Below are positions 20,791 to 30,364 of a DNA stretch of 64,000 nucleotides, in pieces. The first letter of the stretch is position 1. The number at the start of each line of letters is the position of its first letter. A model generated the notes under the pieces. The model saw only the letters and a program-made list of their open reading frames with translations. It searched no databases and was not told the DNA's origin. The DNA comes from an uncultured Actinomycetes bacterium (lineage in GTDB: Bacteria; Actinomycetota; Thermoleophilia; UBA2241). The translations under genes were made by a program, and so were the position numbers. Where the stretch lies: NCBI GenBank assembly GCA_963725665.1, contig CAVRZA010000008.1:32001-96000 (forward strand). Reading direction: 5' to 3'.

Positions 20791-20878
20791 GCGGCGGGCG
20801 GCCCGGGAGGGCCGCCCGCCGCGCTCCCTGAGGGGCGGGGCGAGCGACGCCGTGAAGGCGCCGCTCGCCCCGCCCCTC
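20791..20878 (+). terminator. Two consecutive GC-rich hairpins after satP
   Basis: GCGGCGGGCGGCCC-GGGA-GGGCCGCCCGCCGC and GAGGGGCGGGGCGAGCG...CGCTCGCCCCGCCCCTC. Confidence 0.6.
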
Positions 20879-21027
20879 TCGTCTGTCTGGGCGGTCTCTC
20901 TGAGCAGGACGCGAGCCGATCCGCGGCGCGGTATATGCTGAGAGGAAGACGGCCGGGCAGCTGCGCTCGAGACGTGAGTGGCGGGCCGCCGCCGCGGGCA
21001 GACCACGATCGTTCCAGGGAGGCAGCG

Positions 21028-22350
21028 ATGGCCGAGCGCTCGGCGCGTGAGCCCACGAGCGCCGCGTGCGACTTCGTCCTGCGCGGCGCCTCCGAGCTCG
21101 TCAGCATGCGCGGCCCGGATCTCGGCGTGGTCGAGCGCGGCGCGCTGGCGGCGCGCGAGGGACGGATCGTCTGGGTGGGCGCGGAGAGCGAGCTCGAGCG
21201 CGTCGTCACGCTGCGCGACGACGCGCTCGTCGTCGACGCTGAAGGCGCCACCGTGCTCCCGGGGTTCGTCGACGCGCACACGCACGCCGTGTTCGCGGGC
21301 GAGCGCGCTGCCGAGTACGGCGAGCGCCTCGCCGGCGTCTCCTATCAAGAGATCCTCGCCCGCGGCGGCGGCATCAACGCCACTGTGCGGGCGACGCGGC
21401 TAGCTTCCGAGGAGGAGCTGGCCGAGCTCACAAGGCACAGGCTCGACTCCTTCCTCGTGCACGGCACGACGACGCTCGAGGTGAAGAGCGGCTACGGCCT
21501 CACGCTCGAGGACGAGCGCAAGATGTTGCGCGCCGCCGCCGTCGCGCATGCGACGCGCCGCGTGCGCACGATGCTCGGCGCCCACTTCACGCCCCCCGAG
21601 TACACGGGTGACGACGACGCCTTCGTCGACCTCGTAGCGCGCGAGATGGCTCCGGCGCTGCGCGACGAGGCCGAGTTCTGCGACGTCTTCTGTGACGAGG
21701 GCGCCTTCACGGTGCAGCAGTCGCGGCGCGTGCTCGAGGCCGCGCGGGCCGCTGGGTACGGCCTCAAGATCCACGCCGACGAGCTGGCGCGATCGGGGGG
21801 TTCCCTGCTCGCCGCGGAGATGGGCTGTGTGTCGGCCGACCATCTCGTGCACGTCGGCGACAACGAGATCGCCGCGCTGCGCGCGGCCGGCGTCGTCGCC
21901 GTGCTGCTGCCGGGGACGAGCTTCACGCTCCACTCCTCCTACGCGCCGGCGCGCGCCTTCGTCGACGCCGGCGTCACCATCGCCCTCGCCAGCGACTTCA
22001 ACCCCGGCACCTGCTACTGCGAGAACCTGCAAACGATCGTCTCCCTCGCCTGCCAGGAGATGCGTCTGACGCCCGCCGAGGCGCTCCGCGCGGCGACACT
22101 GGGGGGCGCGTACGCGCTGGGTCTGCAGGCTGAGGTCGGCAGTCTCGAGGTGGGCAAACGTTGCGACCTCGTCGTCCTTGCGGCGGCGACGCACCGCGAG
22201 CTGCCCTACCACTTCGGTGTGAACCTGGTCGATGCGGTCGTCGTCAACGGCGAGCTGGTCGTGAGCGGGGGGACGCTGGTGGTCGGGGACCAGAGCGCGC
22301 GGTGCGGCGGCCATACGGGCGCCGGGCAGGGAGGAGGCGTGACGTCGTGA
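21028..22350 (+). CDS. hutI: Imidazolonepropionase
   Basis: PGFVDAHTH, GGGINATVRATR, EVKSGYGL, DVFCD, HADEL, SDFNPG. Confidence 0.95.
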   Translation: MAERSAREPTSAACDFVLRGASELVSMRGPDLGVVERGALAAREGRIVWVGAESELERVVTLRDDALVVDAEGATVLPGFVDAHTHAVFAGERAAEYGERLAGVSYQEILARGGGINATVRATRLASEEELAELTRHRLDSFLVHGTTTLEVKSGYGLTLEDERKMLRAAAVAHATRRVRTMLGAHFTPPEYTGDDDAFVDLVAREMAPALRDEAEFCDVFCDEGAFTVQQSRRVLEAARAAGYGLKIHADELARSGGSLLAAEMGCVSADHLVHVGDNEIAALRAAGVVAVLLPGTSFTLHSSYAPARAFVDAGVTIALASDFNPGTCYCENLQTIVSLACQEMRLTPAEALRAATLGGAYALGLQAEVGSLEVGKRCDLVVLAAATHRELPYHFGVNLVDAVVVNGELVVSGGTLVVGDQSARCGGHTGAGQGGGVTS

Positions 22351-23255
22351 GTCTGATCGAGTGCATCCCCAACTTCTCCGAGGGACGGCGACAGGAGGTC
22401 GTCGATGAGATCGTGGGGGTCATCGCCGGCGTCGAGGGTATCGACGTGCTCGACCGCCAGAGCGATCCGGCCCACAACCGCAGCGTGATCACCTTCGTCG
22501 GGCAGGAGGGCGCGGCCGCCGAGGCCGCGTTCCGCGGCATCGCGGCGGCCGCGCGCCTCATCGACCTCAACCGGCACGAAGGCGCCCACCCGCGCTTTGG
22601 CGCCGCCGATGTGGTGCCCTTCGTCCCGATCGCGGAGGGCGACATGCCGGTCTGCGTCGAGACCGCGCGCGAGCTCGCGCGCCGCGTGGCGCGCGAGCTC
22701 GCCATCCCCGTGTACCTCTACGAGAAGGCCGCCCTGCGCCCCGAGCATCGCGACCTGGCCGACGTGCGCCGCGGCGAGTTCGAGGGGCTACGCGAGGCGA
22801 TCGCCACCGACCCCGAGCGGCGGCCCGACGAGGGCGAGGCGAAGATCCACCCGACGGCGGGCGCGGTCGCCATCGGCGCCCGCGCCCCTCTGGTCGCCTA
22901 CAACGTGAACCTCGATAGTGCAGACGTCGAGCTCGCCAAACGCATCGCACGCGAGATCCGCGAGCGCGACGGCGGGCTACCCAAGCTCAAGGCCATCGGC
23001 CTTGGGCTCCACGACGGGCGCGCGCAGGTATCGATGAACCTGACCGACTACCGCGAGACGTCGCTCCTCGACGCGTACGAGGCCGTGCGCTCGCGAGCCG
23101 CGGCGGCGGGCGTAGCCGTGGCCGAGAGCGAGGTCGTGGGACTCCTGCCTCAAGACGCTCTCGTGCGTCTCGCGCGCGCCGTCCTGAGGGCGGAGGCGTT
23201 CGGTCGTGAGCAGGTCCTCGAGGCGCGCCTCCTCGAAGGCCTGCTGCGCGCCTAA
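22347..23255 (+). CDS. ftcD: Glutamate formimidoyltransferase (no cyclodeaminase domain)
   Basis: ECIPNFSEGR, HNRSV, HPRFGAADVVPF, GARAPLVAYN, QVSMNL. Confidence 0.92.
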   Translation: MSLIECIPNFSEGRRQEVVDEIVGVIAGVEGIDVLDRQSDPAHNRSVITFVGQEGAAAEAAFRGIAAAARLIDLNRHEGAHPRFGAADVVPFVPIAEGDMPVCVETARELARRVARELAIPVYLYEKAALRPEHRDLADVRRGEFEGLREAIATDPERRPDEGEAKIHPTAGAVAIGARAPLVAYNVNLDSADVELAKRIAREIRERDGGLPKLKAIGLGLHDGRAQVSMNLTDYRETSLLDAYEAVRSRAAAAGVAVAESEVVGLLPQDALVRLARAVLRAEAFGREQVLEARLLEGLLRA

Positions 23256-23285
23256 CGGCGCGGTGGAGACGCAAGGAGGAGCGAT

Positions 23286-24056
23286 ATGAGCTCACGTGCC
23301 GGTGAGCGGGGCCGCCGCGAGCCTCGGCTTTCAGTCGGCGTTGCGGGCGCGAGGCGGAAGCTCTCGACCTTCTCGATCGCGGCCCGCGATCCCGTGACGG
23401 GGATGCTCGGCGTCGCCGTCTCGTCGAAGGCCTTCTCGGTCGGCAGCCTTTGTCCCTTCGTCGCCGCCGGCGTGGGCGCCGTCGCCACCCAGGCCTGGGT
23501 CAACCCTTACCTGGGCCCTGTAATCCTCGGCCTGCTGGGCGGCGGGCTGGGCGTTGAGGGAGCCCTCGCCAGGGCTCTGGCCGACGATCCTCGGCCCGAG
23601 CTCAGGCAGCTCAGCGCTGTCGACGCCCTGGGGCGTAGCGCGACCTACACGGGGCCGGGCACCGACCCCTGGTGTGGCGGACGCAGCGGCGCCGACTACG
23701 CGGTGGCGGGCAACATGCTTGTCTCCGAGGCGACGACCGACGCCATGGAGAGGACCTTCCTGACGGTCAAGGGCCACGACCTCGCCGACCGTCTCATCTC
23801 TGTGCTCGAGGCCGGGCAGGCAGCCGGGGGAGACCGCCGCGGGCGGCAGTCGGCGGCGGTCATCGTCGCCAACCGCACGATCCTTCCCTACCTCGATCTG
23901 CGCGTCGACGATCACTCCGATCCGGTGGCCGAGCTGCGCCGCCTCTATCAGGTCGCCGCGGCCGAAGAAGACGGCGAGCTCCTGCGCTTCCAGCTCAAGA
24001 TGTCGTCGGTCGTGGGGACCTACGAGGGACTGGAGGAGGCGGAGGAGAAGCGGTAG
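23286..24056 (+). CDS. DUF1028 family Ntn-hydrolase-like protein
   Basis: TFSIAARD, GAVATQA, AGNML, AGGDRRGRQSAA, DLRVDDH. Confidence 0.88.
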   Translation: MSSRAGERGRREPRLSVGVAGARRKLSTFSIAARDPVTGMLGVAVSSKAFSVGSLCPFVAAGVGAVATQAWVNPYLGPVILGLLGGGLGVEGALARALADDPRPELRQLSAVDALGRSATYTGPGTDPWCGGRSGADYAVAGNMLVSEATTDAMERTFLTVKGHDLADRLISVLEAGQAAGGDRRGRQSAAVIVANRTILPYLDLRVDDHSDPVAELRRLYQVAAAEEDGELLRFQLKMSSVVGTYEGLEEAEEKR

Positions 24057-24125
24057 AGGCGCCCCCGCCCGCGTGGGGTCTCCGTCCGATCCATCCGTCC
24101 GCCCCCTTCTCTATCATCGACTCCG

Positions 24126-24172
24126 TTGACACGAACAAGTGTTCTGGTAACATCGACACGAACACTAGTTCG
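24126..24172 (+). promoter_or_regulatory. lexA sigma-70-type promoter with two SOS boxes
   Basis: -35 TTGACA (24126-31), -10 TAACAT (24148-53); GAACAAGTGTTC (24133-44) and CGAACACTAGTTCG (24159-72). Confidence 0.9.
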
Positions 24173-24186
24173 ATAAAGGAGCCGGC

Positions 24187-24780
24187 GTGAACGACCTCAC
24201 CGAACGGCAGCAGCAAGTGCTCGATTTCATCCGCGCCTTCAGCGAGCGCACCGGGTACCCGCCCACGGTGCGCGAGATCGGCCGCGAGCTCAAGCTCTCG
24301 TCGCCTTCGACGGTGCACGTCCACCTGGCGAACCTCGAGCGGCGGGGGCTCATCCGGCGCGACCCGAGCAAGCCGCGCGCGCTCGAGCTCGTTACCGGCC
24401 TGCGGCCGTCACGGCCGCTGCCTCTTGTCGGGCAGGTCGCGGCCGGCCAACCGATCCTCGCCGAGCAGAACATCGAGGCGTACGTCGAGGTCCCGTCGTT
24501 CATGCGTCTCAGCGACGACGACTTCCTGTTGCGCATCGAAGGCGATTCCATGGTCGGGGCGGGCATCTACAACGGCGACTACATCGTCGTACACGCTCAG
24601 GCCACCGCCGACAACGGCGAGATCGTCGTCGCACTGGTCGACGACGAGGCCACCACCAAGCGTTTCTACAGCGAGCGCGGCAAGATCCGCCTCCAACCCG
24701 AGAACGAGTTGTATGAGCCGATCGTGCTCGACGAGGTCGAGCTCGTCGGCAAGGTGGTGGGGGTGATCCGTAGGCTGTGA
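24187..24780 (+). CDS. lexA: SOS repressor LexA
   Basis: LTERQ..GYPPTVREI wHTH; VAAG cleavage site; GDSM serine and TTK lysine. Confidence 0.96.
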   Translation: MNDLTERQQQVLDFIRAFSERTGYPPTVREIGRELKLSSPSTVHVHLANLERRGLIRRDPSKPRALELVTGLRPSRPLPLVGQVAAGQPILAEQNIEAYVEVPSFMRLSDDDFLLRIEGDSMVGAGIYNGDYIVVHAQATADNGEIVVALVDDEATTKRFYSERGKIRLQPENELYEPIVLDEVELVGKVVGVIRRL

Positions 24781-24980
24781 ACGTCGCTCTCGCACACGTC
24801 CCCGAGCCGACGCTGGCCGAGGCCGCCGGTGAGCTGCTTCTACTCGCGCCCAACGGGGCCGGCGCCTGCTTGTGGTGCGGCTCCCGCCGTCTCACCGCCC
24901 GCCGCAACACGGCCGACGGCTCCCTCACCGTGCGCTGCGGCTCCTGCGGCAGCGTCCTGTCCAGCGCGCCTCGCGAGTGA
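24777..24980 (+). CDS. Small zinc-ribbon protein
   Basis: CLWC...CGSC; GTGA overlap with the lexA stop. Confidence 0.6.
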   Translation: MNVALAHVPEPTLAEAAGELLLLAPNGAGACLWCGSRRLTARRNTADGSLTVRCGSCGSVLSSAPRE

Positions 24981-24983
24981 CCT

Positions 24984-25376
24984 GTGGCGAGGCCTGGCGA
25001 CAGCCCGCGCACATACGCCGAGTGGCCCGTGCCCGCCGGGCGCGCCGCTGAGCGGCGCGCCCGGCGGGCACGGGCCCGCATCCGCCGGCAACGACGCGTG
25101 CGTGGGCTCGTGCGGCTCGCCGTGCTCGTGATCATCGTGGCGGCCGTCGTCTGGGCGGGCGCTCGCGTCGCCAACGCGACCGCCGATCGCTCGGCCGTGA
25201 GTGAGCACGTCTACGTGGTGCATCGCGGCGACACTCTGTGGCAGATCGCGGCCGGCACCTACCGCGGCCGCCGCGATCTGCGGCCGCTCATCTACGACAT
25301 CGAGCGGCGCAACGGCATGGATTCGGCTGATATCACGCCCGGCCAGCGCCTCGTGCTGCCGGTGGCCCCACTGTGA
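24984..25376 (+). CDS. Membrane-anchored LysM protein (YneA/ChiZ-like)
   Basis: Basic N-terminus, one TM, YVVHRGDTLWQIA...ITPGQRLVLP LysM. Confidence 0.85.
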   Translation: MARPGDSPRTYAEWPVPAGRAAERRARRARARIRRQRRVRGLVRLAVLVIIVAAVVWAGARVANATADRSAVSEHVYVVHRGDTLWQIAAGTYRGRRDLRPLIYDIERRNGMDSADITPGQRLVLPVAPL

Positions 25377-25494
25377 CGACGCGGGCGCGGCAGCAACTGC
25401 GGGGGAGGACTGGCATCGCGGCCGCTGGCAATCGCACCGGCGGGCGGTGGGCTCCGGTCTTGTCCAAGGTAGAGCCGTCTCTGGCAGTCGCGTC

Positions 25495-26475
25495 CTAGAG
25501 CCAGCCCTTGCGCTTGAAGGTGAGGTAGAGCAGACCGGAGGCGACGATCATGGCGATCAAGGCGTAGGGGTAGCCGTACCGCCAACCGAGCTCCGGCATG
25601 TGCACGAAGTTCATGCCGTAGATGCTGGCGATGACGGTGGGCAGGGCAATGATGGCCGCCCAGGCGCTCACTTTGAGCACGACCGTGTTCAGGCTGTTTG
25701 AGACGACGGCAAGGTGGTCCTCGAAGGCGGCGGCGATGATCTCACGGTCCATCTCGATCTCCTCGAACACACGCACGACGTGGTCGTAGAGGTCGCGGAA
25801 GTACTCCTCGATAGGCTCGTCGAAGATGGTCTCGTCGCGGCGCACGAGTGCATTCATCACCTCGCGCAGCGGCGCGACCACGCGGCGAAAGTGGATGAGG
25901 TCGCGCCGCAGTGTGTAGGCCTCGCCCACCTGCCCACCTTCACGCGCACCCCACACGAGGTGCTCCTCGACGTCCTCGAGACGTCCCTGCAGACGATCGG
26001 TCACCTCAAAATAGCCGTCGACGATATGGTCGAGCACGGTGTAGCCGACAAATGCGCCACGTTTGGCGAGGTCGGCCGGCGCCCGCTCGAGGCGCGAGCC
26101 CACGTCGCTCAGGTCGAACCCAGCGTCGTGACGCACCGTGATGACGTAGCGACGGGCCACGAACATGCTGAGCTCGTGCAACTTGATACGTCCGTCCTGG
26201 CCCCACTCGGCCGCGTAAGCGGTGACGAAGGCGAAGTCCGGATAGCGGTCGAGCTTGGGGCGCTGGTGCTCGTGCAGTGCGTCCTCGAGTGCGAGGGGGT
26301 GCAGCCCGAACTCCTCGCCAAGACCCTCGACCTGCTCGGGAGTTGGCCCGACCACGTCGAGCCAGATGAGCGTGTCGGGCTGTTCGAGGACCTCCGAGAC
26401 CTGCTCGAGGGGCAGGTCGTCCTCGGCCGGTTTGCCGTCGCGGAAGACTCTCGCTTTAACGCTCACGGTGTTCAT
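25495..26475 (-). CDS. corA: Magnesium/cobalt transporter CorA
   Basis: LHPLALED..HQRPK, FRDLYDH, YGMNF..MPEL. Confidence 0.93.
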   Translation of the reverse strand: MNTVSVKARVFRDGKPAEDDLPLEQVSEVLEQPDTLIWLDVVGPTPEQVEGLGEEFGLHPLALEDALHEHQRPKLDRYPDFAFVTAYAAEWGQDGRIKLHELSMFVARRYVITVRHDAGFDLSDVGSRLERAPADLAKRGAFVGYTVLDHIVDGYFEVTDRLQGRLEDVEEHLVWGAREGGQVGEAYTLRRDLIHFRRVVAPLREVMNALVRRDETIFDEPIEEYFRDLYDHVVRVFEEIEMDREIIAAAFEDHLAVVSNSLNTVVLKVSAWAAIIALPTVIASIYGMNFVHMPELGWRYGYPYALIAMIVASGLLYLTFKRKGWL

Positions 26476-26574
26476 GTTCAACACGCGGGGCCAAGGTCTT
26501 TCCTCACACCCGGCCGAGAGTCTCCAGGCCGGCAGCGCTCTGCCGTCGGGGGCCGCCGTAGGGTCGAGGGGCGA

Positions 26575-26583
26575 TGCTATACT
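26575..26583 (+). promoter_or_regulatory. Extended -10 promoter for the tRNA cluster
   Basis: TG-C-TATACT just upstream of tRNA-Pro. Confidence 0.6.
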
Positions 26584-26591
26584 GGCCCGGC

Positions 26592-26668
<77 letters not shown>

Positions 26669-26677
26669 ACACCACGA

Positions 26678-26753
26678 GCGGGAGTAGCTCAGTCGGCAGA
26701 GCGCCAGCCCTCCAAGCTGGAAGTCGCGGGTTCGAGGCCCGTCTCCCGCTCCA
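26678..26753 (+). tRNA. tRNA-Gly(TCC), atypical C33
   Basis: GCGGGAG/CTCCCGC-T-CCA acceptor; CCAGC-CC-TCC-AA-GCTGG. Confidence 0.9.
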
Positions 26754-26774
26754 CCTGCGTCGCCCAATCAGCGC

Positions 26775-26851
26775 GCGCCCGTAGCTCAGTTGGATAGAGC
26801 GGGAGCCTTCTAAGCTCTAGGTCGCAGGTTCGACTCCTGCCGGGCGCGCCA
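26775..26851 (+). tRNA. tRNA-Arg(TCT)
   Basis: GGAGC-CT-TCT-AA-GCTCT; GGTTCGACTCC; CCA. Confidence 0.95.
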
Positions 26852-26937
26852 CCTCCACCGTTTTGCAGGCACTCTGCAAACCGCCCGAGACGTAGGCGAG
26901 GCGTTTTGCCCTCGCTTTGACCTCGCTCTTCTCACCG

Positions 26938-27445
26938 CTACCCGCGATCGACGCGTGCTGCCATGAGCTCCGCGGCGCTCTCCTGCAGGGCGGGGATGGC
27001 GTGCGAGTACCCGTCGAGCGTCATGGCGACGCTCGAGTGCCCGAGCCGCTCGCTCATCACCTTGGGGTTAATGCCGGCCGCCAGGCCGTTCGTCGCGTGT
27101 CCGTGCCTAAGGTCGTGCAGGCGGATCCGCGGGAGATCCTTGAGAGTGCCGCCGCGGCCCCGCGCTTGCGTCTGGTCAAAGAGCTTCGTTACGCGGTCGG
27201 GGTGCAGCCCCGCGCCCTTCTCGTCGGCGAACACCCACGTCGTGTCAGCAGGCTTCGCCTCGAAGCGGGGCAAACTCGCTCTCCTGTCGCTCGCGCCACG
27301 ACTGCAGGATCACTGTTGTCTTTGCGTCGAGTGTGATCGACGGGCGGCTGCCTCTCGTCTTCGGCTCGCTCTCGGCGACCTTGTAGCCGACCTGGATGCG
27401 CGCCCGCCGTATCGCTAGCCGACTGCCGGCGAAGTCGATATCGCA
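26938..27445 (-). pseudogene. Tyrosine integrase remnant (C-terminal half, frameshift ~27270)
   Basis: DIDF..LAIRR..EPKT upstream frame; RLHDLRH, RLGHS, YSHAIPALQ downstream frame. Confidence 0.85.
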
Positions 27446-27479
27446 CTGTCAGGAGGATGCGCCTGGTACATCATTCACA

Positions 27480-27551
27480 GTGATGCCGGGCACGCAGGAG
27501 GAGGCCGCGGAGAAGATCGACGCCAGGCTGCGGAGGGCACTGGCGGGATAG
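27480..27551 (+). pseudogene. Second integrase C-terminal tail fragment
   Basis: VMPGTQEEAAEKIDARLRRALAG*, resembles the post-catalytic-Tyr tail of integrases. Confidence 0.5.
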
Positions 27552-27801
27552 GACGACCGGCAGAACAACGCCGGATGCCCGTAGTCGAGGTCAAGAGGCA
27601 AGACGGCGCCAACGGGGTCCACGAGGCCGCCGGAGCCATCGCCGTCACGCAGGGCGCCTTGCCGACGGAGCCGATGCTCTCGAGCCCGGCGGCTCGGCGG
27701 GTCACTCGGCGGGTGGCCTTCGACGGGCGGTCGTCAGCAGCAGCCGCCTGCGCGTCGTGGACAGGTCGCCCGCCGGACGCAGCGCTCCCCGCCGCACGCC
27801 C

Positions 27802-28731
27802 TCAGGGCACGAACAGAACGTTGTTCCGAGTGTAGTAGAGCGTCTCGCGGGCGATCTTGCCGTCGCGGATCTCGAGCATGGTCACGCCGTCGCCGCCGGC
27901 GTTCCAGATGACGGCCGCCCAACCGGCGCCGAAGGCATAGCTGAGGTTCGTGAAGGTTAGGCTCCAACCGGCCGGCGTCTTGAAGATCTTGGCATAGTGG
28001 GCCTGCACCTGGCCGGGATCGTGCCCGACCGTGTCGGAGGCGGTGTCGGCGAAGGCGATCGTGGGCGCGCTCAAGGCGGCCATCGCGGCGGCGTCCTGGG
28101 CCTGCAGCGCAGCCGCGTACTTGAGCGCCACGCCCTCGGCCGCCGCCGGCGAGTCCTGCGGTCCCGGCGCCGACTTGAGCGGCGCTGGCGCGAGTGGCCG
28201 GCCCTTCTCGGAGGCCTCGTAGTACCACGCCTCGTACCCGATCTTGCCGCTGCGGCTCTCGAGGACTACGAGGACTTGCATCGATCCGTTGGTGGATTCA
28301 TCGCGGTAATCCCAGCGCAGCTCAGTCACCCCCCAGCCGACGCCGGCGTAGCCCGCGTAGACGCGAGCGCCGGTGGTCATGGCGAGGCTCCTTCGGAGTG
28401 CCTTGAGAACCACCGCCTTGCCCTTCCCGTGCACGTTGTAGGCGCAGTCGACGAAAGCTACATCGGCCGCGTAGAGAGGGCCGAACCGGTCGGTTCTCCA
28501 CGCGACCCACGCGGCGGTGTAGCCGTCGACCACCTTCTTGGTGACGGCGACCGAGTCGCTGCCGACGAGGGCCACGGGCGTGGCGGCAGCGAACGGCGTC
28601 GCGGAGGGCGAGGTCGCCGCCCTTGTGCTCGAGCCGCCGCAGGCAGCGAGCGTGAGCGTGGCGACCACGACGAGCGACGCGAGCCCGATTGCGATGGATG
28701 CCGATGACCCGAATCCCCATTGCGGCTTCAT
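27802..28731 (-). CDS. Lipoprotein with two SnoaL/NTF2-like domains
   Basis: LAAC lipobox; repeated YAADVAFVD / SAPTIAFAD and SRSGKIGYE / IRDGKIARE. Confidence 0.75.
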   Translation of the reverse strand: MKPQWGFGSSASIAIGLASLVVVATLTLAACGGSSTRAATSPSATPFAAATPVALVGSDSVAVTKKVVDGYTAAWVAWRTDRFGPLYAADVAFVDCAYNVHGKGKAVVLKALRRSLAMTTGARVYAGYAGVGWGVTELRWDYRDESTNGSMQVLVVLESRSGKIGYEAWYYEASEKGRPLAPAPLKSAPGPQDSPAAAEGVALKYAAALQAQDAAAMAALSAPTIAFADTASDTVGHDPGQVQAHYAKIFKTPAGWSLTFTNLSYAFGAGWAAVIWNAGGDGVTMLEIRDGKIARETLYYTRNNVLFVP

Positions 28732-28788
28732 GACCTGCTCCCTTCTCCCTTGCCCCTGAGTCGTTCGATCCTCAGGCGCCGCTGCGCC

Positions 28789-29557
28789 TCACCAGGGGAA
28801 ATACCGCCCAAGCCCGTACGCCGCGGGCTTTCCCCTCCCGTTCTGCTCAGTGACGTAGATCTGCAGGACGCCGACGCCGGGCCAGCCCACGATGTAGCCT
28901 GCGACGATGGGTTTGGCTGCGGTAGGCCAGTCCAGCTTCGCGACGACGCGGTCGTAGAACCAGTATTTCGCCGCGTCCATTGCCCAGGTCTCACCCTTGC
29001 TGAGGACCCCATACGATTTCCACGGAATCATGCCGTGAGTCCACGGCGGCACACCAAAGTAAGGATCGTCGTACCCCCCCGCTGATGGTGGCGATGGGGC
29101 GCACCTCTCCGCTGGCCGTGTCGACCACGGCGGACACGTCGATGCCGGCCTGCATCAGCACGACCACGTAAGCGACGATCGCCCCCGGCTGGCCGACGTA
29201 CTTGCGATAGTCGTTGCGGTCAGTGCGGTAACCCTGGTACTCAGGGTCATTGACGAAGTCGGCGGCCGCCGCGAGCATCCTCTTCTCGTGTGTCGTCAAC
29301 TGGTGCTCCCCGAGCGGGGCGGCGGTGAACCACGTGATGGGCCTCTCGCTTGGCGAGACCGTCGCGCTGCCTTGTGCCGCCGCACTCTTTGCGCAGCCGC
29401 CGAGCGTCAGCGCAGACAGACCGCAGGTCGCGACAGCGAGGAGCGCGCCAAGGGCGAGAGTGAGCGGCAGGCGTGACCCGCGGCAGACTGTGCTGCGACG
29501 GGCGCAGCGTGCTGTCTCTTGTGCGGGGACTGATCTGGTGGCGAGTCGAACGTCCAT
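28789..29557 (-). pseudogene. Lipoprotein split by a +1 frameshift in a G7 run (29074-29080)
   Basis: LGGC lipobox; removing one G joins ...ISGG to YDDPYFGVPPWTH... through to 28789. Confidence 0.6.
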
Positions 29558-30077
29558 GGCGCCATTCCTTCCTTCCGGCCCTGGCTCCCTCCGCTCCAGA
29601 GACGAGTGGCTCCAAATGTGGCAGAAACGCTTAGACGTCCGACGGGTCGATTTCTTCGCCCCAAGAAGCACAAAGACCGGCCTGCGGGCCGGTCTCACCA
29701 GTGGCTCCCCGCCAGATGATAGTGGCCGCGACGTGCCGCCGGCGGATCAGAGCTCCCGTACGAAGCGCTGCCTCTCTTGAGGAGTCTCGTATGCCTTGGC
29801 CCTAACTCTGAGGTCCACGGCACAAACCGGCGTCGTGTTACGGGTGTGCAGGAGCGCGAAACAGGGTGTCCGATGGGCCTATGGACGTGGAAATCGATAG
29901 CAGTGGGGGCGCGACTCTCCAACCGCTCGTCAGCGCCAGCGTGACCGCTGCCTCACGGGTGGCGAGCCTCAGTGCAAGGCCAACGGCCCGGACCCGGCCA
30001 CCGGGTGTCCGGGCCGCTGCCCCGCGGATTCGGCGCAGGCCCCCGCGAGCCGGTGCGCACCGGCCGTGTGGACCGCC

Positions 30078-30329
30078 TCACTCCAGGATGAACCACCATT
30101 CGACGGCAAACACGCTGGCATGCTCGGCGGTCGCTGGCCACCTCGCAGAGAGGGCGTACTCACCGCGCGTCCTGGGCGTGATCGTCCATCTGAAAGTGCC
30201 CAGCGTGCTGGCGTCCCTGATGATGCGCTCCACTCGCTGGACCACCCGCTGGTGGCCGTCCGATCCCCTCTTGAGGGTGAGCTTGACCTTCTCGCCCACA
30301 GACCAGGTAGGTGCTGCGCGCGGGCCCAC
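30078..30329 (-). pseudogene. Fragment of an Ig-like domain from a secreted protein
   Basis: Beta-rich VKLTLKR...GTFRWTITPRTRGEYALSARW; no signal peptide or clear start. Confidence 0.35.
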
Positions 30330-30364
30330 TGCCCACTGAGCATCTACCCGAGCGATAAGGCCAC

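Larger units (their letters stand above)
26852..30340. mobile_element. Decayed genomic island at tRNA-Arg (right boundary uncertain, at most ~31630)
   Basis: Integrase remnants next to the tRNA 3' end, accessory lipoproteins and fragments; interrupts the Pro-Gly-Arg-His-Leu tRNA run; no attR found. Confidence 0.65.
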
